Of a DNA stretch of 64,000 nucleotides, positions 51,950 to 60,696 are shown piece after piece. The notes below the pieces were generated by a model. That model made no database searches, was not told the origin of the DNA, and saw only the letters and a list, made by a program, of their open reading frames with translations. Position 1 is the stretch's first letter. Every line of letters begins with the position of its first letter. The translations under genes were made by a program, and so were the position numbers. The DNA is from a plasmid. The stretch lies in sequence record NZ_CP067021.1. One strand, given 5' to 3'.

Positions 51950-52766
51950 GGCACTGTTGCAAATAACCACGAATGGTAAGCTGAAGACTGTTTTAGCTAA
52001 AGGTGCAGCATATGAATCCTTTCCATGGTCGGCATTTTCAGGGCGAAATCATTCTTTGGGCTGTGCGCTGGTATTGTAAATATGGCATTAGCTATCGTGA
52101 ACTGCAGGAAATGCTGGCCGAACGGGGTGTGAATGTTGATCACACGACTATTTACCGTTGGGTTCAACGTTATGCTCCTGAAATAGAAAAACGTTTACGC
52201 TGGTATTGGCGTAATCCTACAGATCTGAGCTCGTGGCATATTGATGAAACCTATGTAAAAGTGAATGGACGATGGTCTTATCTGTATCGTGCAGTCGATC
52301 AACGTGGCGATACCATTGATTTTTATCTTTCTTCTAGACGTAATACCAAATCAGCATATTGTTTTCTTGGAAAAATTTTAAATAATGTGAAGAAGTGGCA
52401 AATTCCACAAGTGATCAACACGGATAAAGCACCCACATATGGACGTGCTTTATCACGGTTAAAACGGGAAGGTAAATGTCCACCAGACCTTGAGCACAGG
52501 CAGATTAAGTTTAAAAATAACGTGATTGAATGTGATCATGGCAAGCTAAAGCGGATCATCAGGGCCACATTAGGATTCAAATCTATGAAGACGGCTTATG
52601 CCACAATTAAAGGTATTGAAGTCATGCGTGCACTACGTAAAGGACAAGCATCGTCATTTTATTATGGTCAGCCTCAGGGTGAAGTGTGTCTAATCAACAG
52701 GGTTTTCGGTCTCTAAGTACTTTTTAAAGGGAACATCATCGACTCAAATCTCTATTTGCAACAGTG
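51950..52766 (+). mobile_element. IS6-family element (IS26-like; IS1006/IS1008-type), complete 817-bp copy
   Basis: GGCACTGTTGCAAA inverted repeats at 51950-51963 and 52753-52766. Intact 237-aa transposase. Confidence 0.9.
52003..52716 (+). CDS. tnp: IS6-family transposase (237 aa)
   Basis: Strong similarity to the pattern of IS26 Tnp26 (…ILWAVRWYCKYGISYRELQEMLAERGVNVDH…KAPTYGRAL…IKGIEVMRALRKGQAS…). Confidence 0.9.
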   Translation: MQHMNPFHGRHFQGEIILWAVRWYCKYGISYRELQEMLAERGVNVDHTTIYRWVQRYAPEIEKRLRWYWRNPTDLSSWHIDETYVKVNGRWSYLYRAVDQRGDTIDFYLSSRRNTKSAYCFLGKILNNVKKWQIPQVINTDKAPTYGRALSRLKREGKCPPDLEHRQIKFKNNVIECDHGKLKRIIRATLGFKSMKTAYATIKGIEVMRALRKGQASSFYYGQPQGEVCLINRVFGL

Positions 52767-52773
52767 CCAGAAA

Positions 52774-52784
52774 TTTTATGTTAA
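52774..52784 (+). other. Orphan XerD half-site (TTATGTTAAAT) of a pdif site whose XerC half was replaced by the IS6 end
   Basis: Match to the Acinetobacter pdif XerD arm 7 bp from the IS inverted repeat. No XerC arm upstream. Confidence 0.5.
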
Positions 52785-52897
52785 ATGATTGTTAGAAATG
52801 CCCCTTGATCGAGGCATTTTCTATAAAGAATACTAAAAACTAATTAAAGCCAACCAAGTTTCAAAACAAGGCAGTTCTCAGCAATCATATTTTTAAA

Positions 52898-53782
52898 TTA
52901 TATAACTCCCAACTGAGCTTTTGCTCCAACGATAAGGCTTTCATTTTGAGTTTCTAAGGCAAATAAACCATACATCAAAGGAGAGGCCGCTGCTCTTTCT
53001 AAAGTCTGTTCATATAGTTTATTCCAAACTTTACCCCCTAGTTTTTCATACTCGATGATTAGAGTTTTGAGGCTTTCTTCTCCAAACAAAGTTACATGCC
53101 CAGCAAAATCAATCGCTGGGTCATCTATATGGGCTGTTGACCAATCAATAACGCCTGAAACAGCTCCATCCTTTGAAGCTAGTACATGCCCAGCATATAA
53201 ATCGCCATGTATAAATTGGGTGAAATCTGCCCATAGAACATCATTATCCAACCATTTTCTGTAGCGGGTTTCCAATTGCTCACTTATACCAATTTCAGAT
53301 TTTACTAACTGCAAATTGTTTGCTATTTCAGGTCTTAAATCTGAAGGTTTCATAATTTTCAAATCATTTTCCCGAACTTCTTTTTCAGGAATACTATGGA
53401 TTTCAAATAAGGTTTTTGCCAAAGATGTTATGTATTTCGGGCTATCTTTGTCCATATTCCAAATTATTTCATAGGTTTCAGCATCCAAATTTAAAACAGG
53501 ATTATCTTTAAGTATGGGATAAGCCACTAATTCTGTAGATGAAATTCTCCAATCAGGAACCTCTACAGAAAGATGTTTTTTTACCAATTCTAAAATGCGT
53601 TTTTCTTTCTTGATTTGTTCCCTCATGCCATCACGACGAGGAATACGCAGCAACCATTGTTGCCCCTTTGTATCAAGAGCAAAAACGACCTTAAAATCAA
53701 TGCCCATTTCATTGAAATTCATTTTGTCCGTAAGCAACAAGCCGTGTGCTTCAGCAAGTGATTGAATATCTTGAATTGTCAT
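52898..53782 (-). CDS. mph(E): Macrolide 2'-phosphotransferase Mph(E)
   Basis: 294-aa APH-fold protein recognised as Mph(E) (MTIQDIQSLAEAHGLLLTDKMNFNEMGIDFKVVFALDTKGQQWLLRIPRRDGM...). Confidence 0.95.
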   Translation of the reverse strand: MTIQDIQSLAEAHGLLLTDKMNFNEMGIDFKVVFALDTKGQQWLLRIPRRDGMREQIKKEKRILELVKKHLSVEVPDWRISSTELVAYPILKDNPVLNLDAETYEIIWNMDKDSPKYITSLAKTLFEIHSIPEKEVRENDLKIMKPSDLRPEIANNLQLVKSEIGISEQLETRYRKWLDNDVLWADFTQFIHGDLYAGHVLASKDGAVSGVIDWSTAHIDDPAIDFAGHVTLFGEESLKTLIIEYEKLGGKVWNKLYEQTLERAAASPLMYGLFALETQNESLIVGAKAQLGVI

Positions 53783-53837
53783 TTTTAATTTCCTTTAAAG
53801 AGTTCAATAATTAATGTTCGGATTAGATTGGCTATCA

Positions 53838-55313
53838 TTAACAATCTCTCTCAAAAGTCTTGATGATTTTGTGGTCTTTGATCTCGTAGATAATGTCAGC
53901 AATATTATCGACCAATTGCTTGTCATGAGATACGAAGATAATAGTTCCTGCATAGGACTTCATCATTGTTTCTAATGCGGCAATACTTTTTAGGTCAAGA
54001 TAGTTTCCTGGTTCATCCATAAGCAAAATATTATATTTTCCTAAAAGCATTTTGGATAAAAGCAGTTTGATGATTTCACCTCCCGATAAGTCGGATAAGT
54101 TTTTTTGAATATCATTCGCTCCGATCCCCATTGAAGCCAATACTGCACGAATTTCCGCAACTGTGTACTCGCACTCTTCCTGCATAAAGGAGAGCACAGA
54201 TTTATGCGTGTTAAATTTATATCCTGTTTGTGTAAAGTAGCCAATTTCAGCTTTTGGAGATATGGTTAATCCATCAGCACGTTCTGATATCATTTTTAAC
54301 AAGGACGTTTTCCCTGTTCCATTCGATCCAGTTATAGCGACTTTAGCGCCAAGCGGTATTATAAAGTTAGCGTCATCAAAGATAGTACGGCTACCAAATT
54401 TTAAGCTCAGACCATCTGCCGTAATCGGGAACTTATTGTGCAGTTCTAGGGCTGAACTTTGACGAAAACGAATAGAACGCAAATGCTCTGGTGCTTGAAT
54501 ATCTTCTAATGCAGCCAAACGCTTTTCCATACTCTTAGCTGCCTGATACAGTTTTCTTTGCTTGGTGCCAGTCATTTTTGCATGCCCAAGTCGTCCAGCA
54601 CTTTCGGTAGAGTTTTTGGATTTTTCTCCTTTTTTCTTATTGTCTAATCGATTAGCTTGCTGGCGTTTTTCTTGCACAGCAGATTCTAATCGCTCCCGTT
54701 CCTTCATCATCAGCTCATATTCTACGGCTTGGTGTTGTCGCTCTTCTTCTTTTTGACGCAAGTAATCCGAGTAACCACCCCAATATTCCGTAATTTTACC
54801 GTCTTTTAACTCCCATATCTTGTCTACAACCATATCAAGAAAATATCGGTCATGACTGATAACAAGTAATGCTCCATCAAATGCTTTAAGTTGACCAATA
54901 AGTAGATCTATTCCATTGAGATCAAGGTGGCTAGTTGGTTCATCCGCTAGAATGCCATGTACTTGTTGGGAAAATGCGGCAGCAATTTTTGCACGAGTTT
55001 CCTCTCCGCCACTCATTGTGTCGTTTTGTACATTGGAAACACCAAGGCGAGATAACATTGCCCGGTCTTCGACCGTTTCTATTTCGATTCCGCCCAGTTG
55101 GCTGATATGTGCAAAATCACCAAAACGCTGTAATGTCGCTTCGGCTAAAACAATTTCGCCATTAAGTACTTTGAGTAAACTACTCTTTCCTGCTCCGTTA
55201 TCACCCACAAGACCAATACGGTCATAAGAGTGAATTTCCAATTCATCAATATCCAAAACATCACGCCCAGCATAATCCAAGCGTATGTTTCTCGCTTTAA
55301 TAATTAAACTCAT
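53838..55313 (-). CDS. msr(E): ABC-F ribosomal protection protein Msr(E) (macrolide/streptogramin B resistance)
   Basis: 491-aa protein with two ABC domains ([11 protein letters not shown] / [11 protein letters not shown]; LSGGE signatures), recognised as Msr(E). Confidence 0.95.
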   Translation of the reverse strand: MSLIIKARNIRLDYAGRDVLDIDELEIHSYDRIGLVGDNGAGKSSLLKVLNGEIVLAEATLQRFGDFAHISQLGGIEIETVEDRAMLSRLGVSNVQNDTMSGGEETRAKIAAAFSQQVHGILADEPTSHLDLNGIDLLIGQLKAFDGALLVISHDRYFLDMVVDKIWELKDGKITEYWGGYSDYLRQKEEERQHQAVEYELMMKERERLESAVQEKRQQANRLDNKKKGEKSKNSTESAGRLGHAKMTGTKQRKLYQAAKSMEKRLAALEDIQAPEHLRSIRFRQSSALELHNKFPITADGLSLKFGSRTIFDDANFIIPLGAKVAITGSNGTGKTSLLKMISERADGLTISPKAEIGYFTQTGYKFNTHKSVLSFMQEECEYTVAEIRAVLASMGIGANDIQKNLSDLSGGEIIKLLLSKMLLGKYNILLMDEPGNYLDLKSIAALETMMKSYAGTIIFVSHDKQLVDNIADIIYEIKDHKIIKTFERDC

Positions 55314-55736
55314 TTTTATTTACTCCTGTTTAGCTCTTGAAATTTTTTATGCAGCAAACAGGATTTAGGTGAAAACAAAAGCTAGCATCACAGTGTCCTC
55401 CCAAAAAAAAAGCTATTCATCCACAGGGTGGACAAATAGCTAGTCAATTAAGTTATAACTGGAAACTATGCACTAAAAGCATACTTATAAATTAAGCATA
55501 CTTTTACTTTATATATCCGCATATATTCTTAAAGACACAACAAAAGCCCACCATTATAAAATAGTGTCACTATGCAAATAGTTGTGTCTTAACGAATGCG
55601 GATAGAATGCATAAACTTACCTAAAAAATAAAATTCAGTTTTATGATAACTTTACTGTTAAAAGAAGTCTAGACAACCTTGTTTTATGCTTGGATATAAG
55701 GCTTATTTTAAAATAATAGTAGTGAAGATTTTCTAA

Positions 55737-55764
55737 AATTAACATAATACACCTTATACGAATA
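55737..55764 (-). other. pdif site (XerD arm AATTAACATAA, spacer TACACC, XerC arm TTATACGAATA; D/C orientation)
   Basis: 28-bp match to Acinetobacter plasmid XerC/XerD sites. Confidence 0.8.
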
Positions 55765-55806
55765 TAAAAATGGGAGCCTTAAGCTCCCATTTTTTAAGTA
55801 ATTTTT

Positions 55807-56079
55807 TCAAATAAGGCTTGGGTGAGCATCTAAAATTCGAATCAATGTAGCTGCTGGTCCAGTTGGATAGCGTCGTCCCTGTTCCCAATTTTGCAGGGTA
55901 CGGGGGCTAATATGTAGACGTGCAGCAAATTCATTTTGGCTCAAGCCAGTTTTTTCACGTACTTCTTTAATATCAGGCAATTCGAGTTCTGTAACTCGGC
56001 TTGCTTTAACTTCTTTACGTTTGATAGCTCCAGCTTCTTTGATTGAAGCAACCAAGTCATCAAATAAGTTGTTATCCAT
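55807..56079 (-). CDS. higA: HigA-like antitoxin (XRE-family HTH)
   Basis: HTH ...TGLSQNEFAARLHISPRTLQNWEQGRR... 8-bp overlap with the upstream toxin gene. Confidence 0.8.
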   Translation of the reverse strand: MDNNLFDDLVASIKEAGAIKRKEVKASRVTELELPDIKEVREKTGLSQNEFAARLHISPRTLQNWEQGRRYPTGPAATLIRILDAHPSLI

Positions 56080-56392
56080 GAAATTGCTCCTTCACGAGTT
56101 GGCGCAGAATGGCAGTTTCCTTATCTGTTAAATTATCTTTTACTGATTTTGGATAAGCCACTAAGAAAAAGATCTGATCATCCTCGGTGACCCAATAATA
56201 AATCACCCGTATCCCACCACTTTTCCCTTTGTTACCTTGAGCACAACGTACTTTGCGAATACCACCGCCATTCTTGATTAGATCACCTCTATCAGGCTGT
56301 ACCAAAAGATCTTGCTGAAGTTGACGATATTCCTCATCAGATACAAGGTCTTTAATTTGCTTGGTAAAGATGCTGGTTTCAATAAATAACAT
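56072..56392 (-). CDS. higB: HigB/RelE-family toxin (start taken at the ATG at 56392, preceded by an AAGAG RBS; the ORF track extends to a TTG at 56410)
   Basis: RelE/HigB-like ...GGIRKVR...KSGGIRVIYY... motif. Toxin-upstream gene order typical of higBA. Confidence 0.75.
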   Translation of the reverse strand: MLFIETSIFTKQIKDLVSDEEYRQLQQDLLVQPDRGDLIKNGGGIRKVRCAQGNKGKSGGIRVIYYWVTEDDQIFFLVAYPKSVKDNLTDKETAILRQLVKEQFHG

Positions 56393-56439
56393 GGACTCTT
56401 TATACGTCAATGGCGTATTTGAATTTTAGCAGTTTCCAT

Positions 56440-57960
56440 AACAAAAAACGAGAGCTGGTAGATCTCTGTTATTCACCAATTAAAATGTCTATGCGATAAA
56501 CCATTTAAAATGTCCTGTTTTTAACCACAAGAGTCAAGCACAGGATTTAACTTTCTTTGTTCAATAACAGCTTTCTGAGCTTTACGACTCGGCATACTTT
56601 TCTTGAGACGGGAACGTTTATTCTGTTTTTCCAACTCTTCATGCTGTTGCTGAATATGTGCCAGAACTGTACCTAACCGTTTATTCTCAACGATCTCATT
56701 CTGCTGTAGCCCAGCTAATTTATTGAAAATGCTGTAGTTGAGCTTTCGTCCCTCGTGCATGAGGGCCACAGTGCCATCTGGGTACTCCAGAAATGAAATA
56801 TATTGCCCAACAAGCTTATGATTCAGCTCTGTCGGTTCAAGCAGATAAATACATTTGTCATAGGTCAGGGTCAGATTCTTGGTGACCTTACGCGGTTCCT
56901 GCCAGGTAAAAATATCATCCAGTTCAAGATGAGATTCGGTTAATGGCCGATGTAAATTCTTTGAGTTTCGCGCACACTTGGCAAACTTCTGATTGAAATG
57001 CTCAATAAAGCAGGGCAGCCAGGCATTTGCCTCGGCAATTGAACAGATACCTTCTAGGCGCATTTCCTTGATCAGGCGATCCTGGAGTGTTCTATTGGCA
57101 CGTTCCACACGGCCTTTGGCCTGGGGTGAGTTGGCGAAGATAATATCAATATTTAACTCATTCAGAATCCGCCCAAATTGCGTGATCTGGCTGTCCTGGC
57201 TCGATTTCTGGTTCACTCGGAAGACCGAATGTTTATCGCTATAAAAGGCCAGAGGCTTACCGTATTGTTCAATGTAGGCTCGGGTTGAAAGCATATAGTC
57301 GAAGGTCGTTTCCGCCTCACAGAAGCGCAGATGCAACAGCTTTCCAGTGGCATCATCGATATAAACCAGCAAGCAGCACTTAGCAGCGCGTCCTTCGAAC
57401 CAGTCATGATATGAGCCATCAATCTGGATTAGCTCACCGAAGCAATCCCGGTTATAACGTGGCTGATATGGACGTTTAAGGCGCTTGGATCGTGGAATCC
57501 AGAGGTCATTTGCAGTCATCCAGCGCCGAAGCGTTTCTACCGGGATATTCAGGTCAAACATGCTGCTGAGCTTCTCATGGGCCAAGGTAGGTCCAAATCC
57601 CAGCAGATGTTCAGAAATAATGGAAAGACATTTTGATTTTAATAAATCATCATGGCGACGATGGCCAGGTTGACCACGACTGGCATGCGCCATACCTGAA
57701 ACACCATCTTGATTGAGCTTCTGTAATAACCGGGTAATTTGACGGGTTGAAAGATTAAGGATTTCAGCAGCACGGACTTGTGTAATACGATGATCTCGAA
57801 CGTCTTGCAGAACAGCAAGACGTTGAATTTCTTTGTCAGACATAGTGATCAGCATCTATATTTCATATCCAGTCCATGATGTTTAAGCCATCATAAACTA
57901 GACATTTTTATTGGTGAGAATATAGACACTTTAAATGGGTTCTAACATCTCGTTTCGCAT
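56440..57960 (-). mobile_element. ISNCY-family (IS1202-group, ISAjo2-like) insertion sequence, ~1.5 kb. Ends approximate (AAACGAGAG-type inverted repeats). Its right end overlaps the XerC arm of the next pdif site.
   Basis: 444-aa transposase typical of the IS1202 group. Short imperfect inverted repeats at ~56447 and ~57955. Confidence 0.6.
56521..57855 (-). CDS. tnp: ISNCY/IS1202-group transposase (444 aa)
   Basis: N-terminal HTH (LSTRQITRLLQKL), central DDE-type core (…LIQIDGSYHDW…YSDKHSVF…), C-terminal basic tail. Confidence 0.7.
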   Translation of the reverse strand: MLITMSDKEIQRLAVLQDVRDHRITQVRAAEILNLSTRQITRLLQKLNQDGVSGMAHASRGQPGHRRHDDLLKSKCLSIISEHLLGFGPTLAHEKLSSMFDLNIPVETLRRWMTANDLWIPRSKRLKRPYQPRYNRDCFGELIQIDGSYHDWFEGRAAKCCLLVYIDDATGKLLHLRFCEAETTFDYMLSTRAYIEQYGKPLAFYSDKHSVFRVNQKSSQDSQITQFGRILNELNIDIIFANSPQAKGRVERANRTLQDRLIKEMRLEGICSIAEANAWLPCFIEHFNQKFAKCARNSKNLHRPLTESHLELDDIFTWQEPRKVTKNLTLTYDKCIYLLEPTELNHKLVGQYISFLEYPDGTVALMHEGRKLNYSIFNKLAGLQQNEIVENKRLGTVLAHIQQQHEELEKQNKRSRLKKSMPSRKAQKAVIEQRKLNPVLDSCG

Positions 57961-57979
57961 AACAGCCATTATGTTAAAT
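57952..57979 (+). other. pdif site (XerC arm GTTTCGCATAA, spacer CAGCCA, XerD arm TTATGTTAAAT; C/D orientation)
   Basis: Match to the pdif consensus with 2 mismatches in the XerC arm. Confidence 0.7.
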
Positions 57980-58010
57980 TGTAGTAAGAACTTTAATGCG
58001 ATAGAGCAGA

Positions 58011-58436
58011 ATGTATATGCAAAATAAGCTTGATAACATTATTCAAGAATTAAAAGAACTATCTGGGAATAGTCGTCTAAACATAGAACTACCTGATGAT
58101 ATTTTCATATCTGCTTATGAACGAAAAATAGGTTTTATTTTTCCAAAAGATTATAAAAAAGTTTTGAAAGAGATTAGCAATATCTTTTATGGAACAATTG
58201 AATTAGCGTCTCTTACAGATGAGAAAGAATGCTATCGAGGGCTATCTCAGATATTAAATGATGCTAGGGAGCAAGGTCTGCCAGAAGATTGGCTACCTAT
58301 TTGTGAAGATAATGGTAGTTATTATTGCCTATCTCCTAATCATAAAATTAGATATTGGACAGCAGATGGATATAGCGATGAGCAGTGGGAAGATTTAGCA
58401 GATTGGATCAAGCAAGTTTGGATAGATGGAAATTAA
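58011..58436 (+). CDS. SMI1/KNR4-family protein (141 aa; immunity-protein-like)
   Basis: Single gene occupying one dif module. Sequence resembles SMI1/KNR4 (SUKH) family members. Family-level call only. Confidence 0.5.
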   Translation: MYMQNKLDNIIQELKELSGNSRLNIELPDDIFISAYERKIGFIFPKDYKKVLKEISNIFYGTIELASLTDEKECYRGLSQILNDAREQGLPEDWLPICEDNGSYYCLSPNHKIRYWTADGYSDEQWEDLADWIKQVWIDGN

Positions 58437-58446
58437 GAATTTCTAA

Positions 58447-58474
58447 AATTAACATAATACACCTTATACGAAAT
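58447..58474 (-). other. pdif site (D/C orientation; AATTAACATAA-TACACC-TTATACGAAAT)
   Basis: 28-bp match to the pdif consensus. Confidence 0.8.
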
Positions 58475-58515
58475 TAAAAAATGGAGCCTAAAGCTCCATT
58501 TTTTAATAACTTTTT

Positions 58516-58797
58516 TTAAATTGCTAAGCGTAAATTCAGTGCTTTTACAACTTTAATCACAGTATCAAAACTAGGGTTAACATCACCAGAAAGTGCTTTG
58601 TAAAGACTTTCTCGGCCTAAGCCTGTATCTCGTGATAATTGAGCCATTCCTTTAGCTTTTGCAATGTTACCTAAAGCCTTTGCAATGAATGCGGCATCGC
58701 CATTAGATTCTTCAATACATGCTTGTAAGTAAGCCTGCATATCATCCTCTGTTTTAAGATGCTCAGCACTGTCCCATTTGCGAAGTTTAATAGCCAT
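58516..58797 (-). CDS. Addiction-module antidote protein (HTH, HigA family)
   Basis: 93-aa protein ...AAFIAKALGNIAKAKGMAQLSRDTGLGRESLYKALSG... downstream of and adjacent to a RelE-like gene. Confidence 0.7.
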   Translation of the reverse strand: MAIKLRKWDSAEHLKTEDDMQAYLQACIEESNGDAAFIAKALGNIAKAKGMAQLSRDTGLGRESLYKALSGDVNPSFDTVIKVVKALNLRLAI

Positions 58798-59127
58798 TTA
58801 TAGCTCCTCCTCTAAATCTTGTGCCAATTGCAGGGCAAGTTTTATATCTTTACTTTGCGTAGACTTATCTCCGCCTGCTAAGAGAATAACAACCCTTTGC
58901 CCTTGCTTGCAGTAATAAATCCTATAGCCTGGCCCAAAGAAGAAACGTAATTCAGAAACACCTTCACCGACCGGCTCAGTATCTCCAAAGTTTCCATCTT
59001 CAACCCGATCAATTCGGACTTGTATGCGTCTTTTTGCCTGCTGGTCTTTTAACTTGGTGAACCAGTCATCAAAGACTTCAGTGGTATATATTGAGTACAT
59101 AAGTAGAATGTATCCTATAGGATACAT
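58798..59127 (-). CDS. Addiction-module killer protein (RelE/HigB superfamily)
   Basis: 109-aa protein with FDDWF...RIDRV...GPGYRIYY... features of the COG3657-type killer. Immediately upstream of the antidote gene. Confidence 0.7.
   Translation of the reverse strand: MYPIGYILLMYSIYTTEVFDDWFTKLKDQQAKRRIQVRIDRVEDGNFGDTEPVGEGVSELRFFFGPGYRIYYCKQGQRVVILLAGGDKSTQSKDIKLALQLAQDLEEEL
59108..59127. promoter_or_regulatory. Perfect 20-bp palindrome ATGTATCCTATAGGATACAT overlapping the killer-gene start codon; putative autoregulatory operator
   Basis: Exact dyad symmetry read from the sequence, at the 5' end of the toxin-antitoxin operon. Confidence 0.5.
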
Positions 59128-59170
59128 TTATGCAAGAAATAAACTTGATATTTGGGGCTCGAAACGGTGA

Positions 59171-59198
59171 ATTTCGTATAACCGCCATTATGTTAAGT
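59171..59198 (+). other. pdif site (C/D; ATTTCGTATAA-CCGCCA-TTATGTTAAGT)
   Basis: 28-bp match to the pdif consensus. Confidence 0.8.
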
Positions 59199-59248
59199 TA
59201 ATCAAAATTCTTAATGCACCAAAACCTAAAAATTTAAATGGAGTAAAA

Positions 59249-59779
59249 ATGACTTTAAAGGGGTTAGATATTCAAGAAGATTGTATCAAAGCTATTTCTA
59301 ATGAATCTTTAATATTTGATATTAAGAATAAAGAGTTTTTAGAGGATATAGAAAATCTTTTATTACAGTATTTTCAAAATTTTAGTAATGATTTAAATGG
59401 AATTGAGTTTGATAATTTTTCTGTGGAGTTTTGGTTCGATGCAGGACAATTGATTATTTATCCTGAAAAAGATTTATTAGATCGTAAACCCTTTGAATCT
59501 GAATATGATTTAGATAGATTAGACCCTTATTTTTATCTAGTTTGTGAAGAATATAGGATATATTTTGATGACTTAATATCTCGAAAAGTAAGCGATCAAG
59601 TATCTGAAAAAGAAGCTATTTCTAAAACTAATGACGTAATTGATTGTGTAAGCAAAGCTATAAAAAATATAAATGATGAAAACAATCTTTTAAAGATGTT
59701 AGGCAGGCCTAAATTAGAAATAAGATATTTCGGTGTAACGAAAGAAGAACTTTTAGCAAAAGAAATTCTCGTGAAATGA
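59249..59779 (+). CDS. Hypothetical protein (176 aa), sole cargo of a dif module
   Basis: ORF bounded by pdif sites. Confidence 0.55.
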   Translation: MTLKGLDIQEDCIKAISNESLIFDIKNKEFLEDIENLLLQYFQNFSNDLNGIEFDNFSVEFWFDAGQLIIYPEKDLLDRKPFESEYDLDRLDPYFYLVCEEYRIYFDDLISRKVSDQVSEKEAISKTNDVIDCVSKAIKNINDENNLLKMLGRPKLEIRYFGVTKEELLAKEILVK

Positions 59780-59811
59780 AGTAGATATTTTTGTCGTATT
59801 AAGGAAAACTA

Positions 59812-59839
59812 AAATTAACATAATGGGCGTTATGCGAAG
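59812..59839 (-). other. pdif site (D/C; AATTAACATAA-TGGGCG-TTATGCGAAGT)
   Basis: Match to the pdif consensus (XerC arm with 2 mismatches). Confidence 0.75.
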
Positions 59840-59867
59840 TCAAAAATGGGAGCTTAAGCTCCCATTT

Positions 59868-60182
59868 TTATTGATGATTTTTTAATTCTTTCAGCATAGC
59901 ATCCCGTAAAATTTCATTCATTCGTGTTTGATAACCTTTGCCTTGTGCTTTGAACCAAGCAAGTACATCAGCATCTAACCGAATTGAAGTTTGTTGCTTC
60001 ACTGGGCGGTAAAATTGATTTTGGCGTACAGCACTGCTCCAATCGGTAATTTCAGGAATATCTGATAGATCTAGCTGATCATCAGGAACCGTGCCTTTAG
60101 CAAGCAAGCGTTGAATTTCAGCATCTTGCTTCTCACCAAATTTCTCATTCAGCTCTTTGCGTGAGTATCTAACCATGCTCAT
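59868..60182 (-). CDS. brnA: BrnA antitoxin
   Basis: 104-aa protein with a C-terminal RHH-like region (…IRLDADVLAWFKAQGKGYQTRMNEILRDAM…), downstream of brnT. Confidence 0.75.
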   Translation of the reverse strand: MSMVRYSRKELNEKFGEKQDAEIQRLLAKGTVPDDQLDLSDIPEITDWSSAVRQNQFYRPVKQQTSIRLDADVLAWFKAQGKGYQTRMNEILRDAMLKELKNHQ

Positions 60183-60465
60183 ATTTGTTTCGCTCCGCTT
60201 TAGTCACTTGCCTTGCACTAATGATTCGTATGATTTCACAGTCATCTTCATCAAAAATGGTGTGAGCCACCAATAACATTAGTACGCCTTTAACTCGTCC
60301 AATGGTTTGCCAACGTTCTTCACCATCGGTATGTCTGTCTTGGATTGAGATCCGTAATGGATCTTCAAAAACAAGGCTTGCAGTTTCGAAAGAGATATCA
60401 TGCTTTTTCTGATTCTTTCGATTCTTAGCCTCATCCCATTCAAAATACTGTTCCATAAAAAACAT
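60169..60465 (-). CDS. brnT: BrnT toxin (ribonuclease toxin of the BrnT/BrnA system)
   Basis: 98-aa protein MFFMEQYFEWDEAKNRKNQKKHDISFETASLVFEDP... typical of BrnT (DUF497). Overlaps brnA. Confidence 0.75.
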   Translation of the reverse strand: MFFMEQYFEWDEAKNRKNQKKHDISFETASLVFEDPLRISIQDRHTDGEERWQTIGRVKGVLMLLVAHTIFDEDDCEIIRIISARQVTKAERNKYEHG

Positions 60466-60663
60466 TCAAATTTGTATATACAATAATGTATCACAAAATT
60501 GTATAACTCAAGTTGAGAAGCGTAATTTTTAGTCAAATTTATTGGCAAGAACTATCAAAACTGCTCATAAAAAAGCCGACTTGTTTCCAAGTCGGCTTTT
60601 GAACATCATCGAGCAAATAATTTATATCATAAGTTTTTGATTTTTATATTTTTCAATTTGTGC

Positions 60664-60691
60664 ATTTCGTATAACGCCCATTATGTTAAAT
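60664..60691 (+). other. pdif site (C/D; ATTTCGTATAA-CGCCCA-TTATGTTAAAT)
   Basis: 28-bp match to the pdif consensus. Confidence 0.8.
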
Positions 60692-60696
60692 ATATT

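Noticed and set aside
48278-51966. Numerous overlapping or antisense ORFs in the floR segment (e.g. 48278-49024-, 48591-49109-, 48865-49266+, 49128-49583-, 49442-49762-, 49910-50368+, 50167-50445+, 50773-51064+, 51054-51317-, 51593-51966)
   Set aside because: High-GC DNA yields long spurious ORFs in all frames. They overlap the recognisable virD2-like, floR and lysR frames.
52796-52822. Possible terminator hairpin downstream of mph(E) (AAATGCC…GGCATTT)
   Set aside because: The stem is imperfect with a 10-nt loop and no U-run in the mph(E) transcript orientation.
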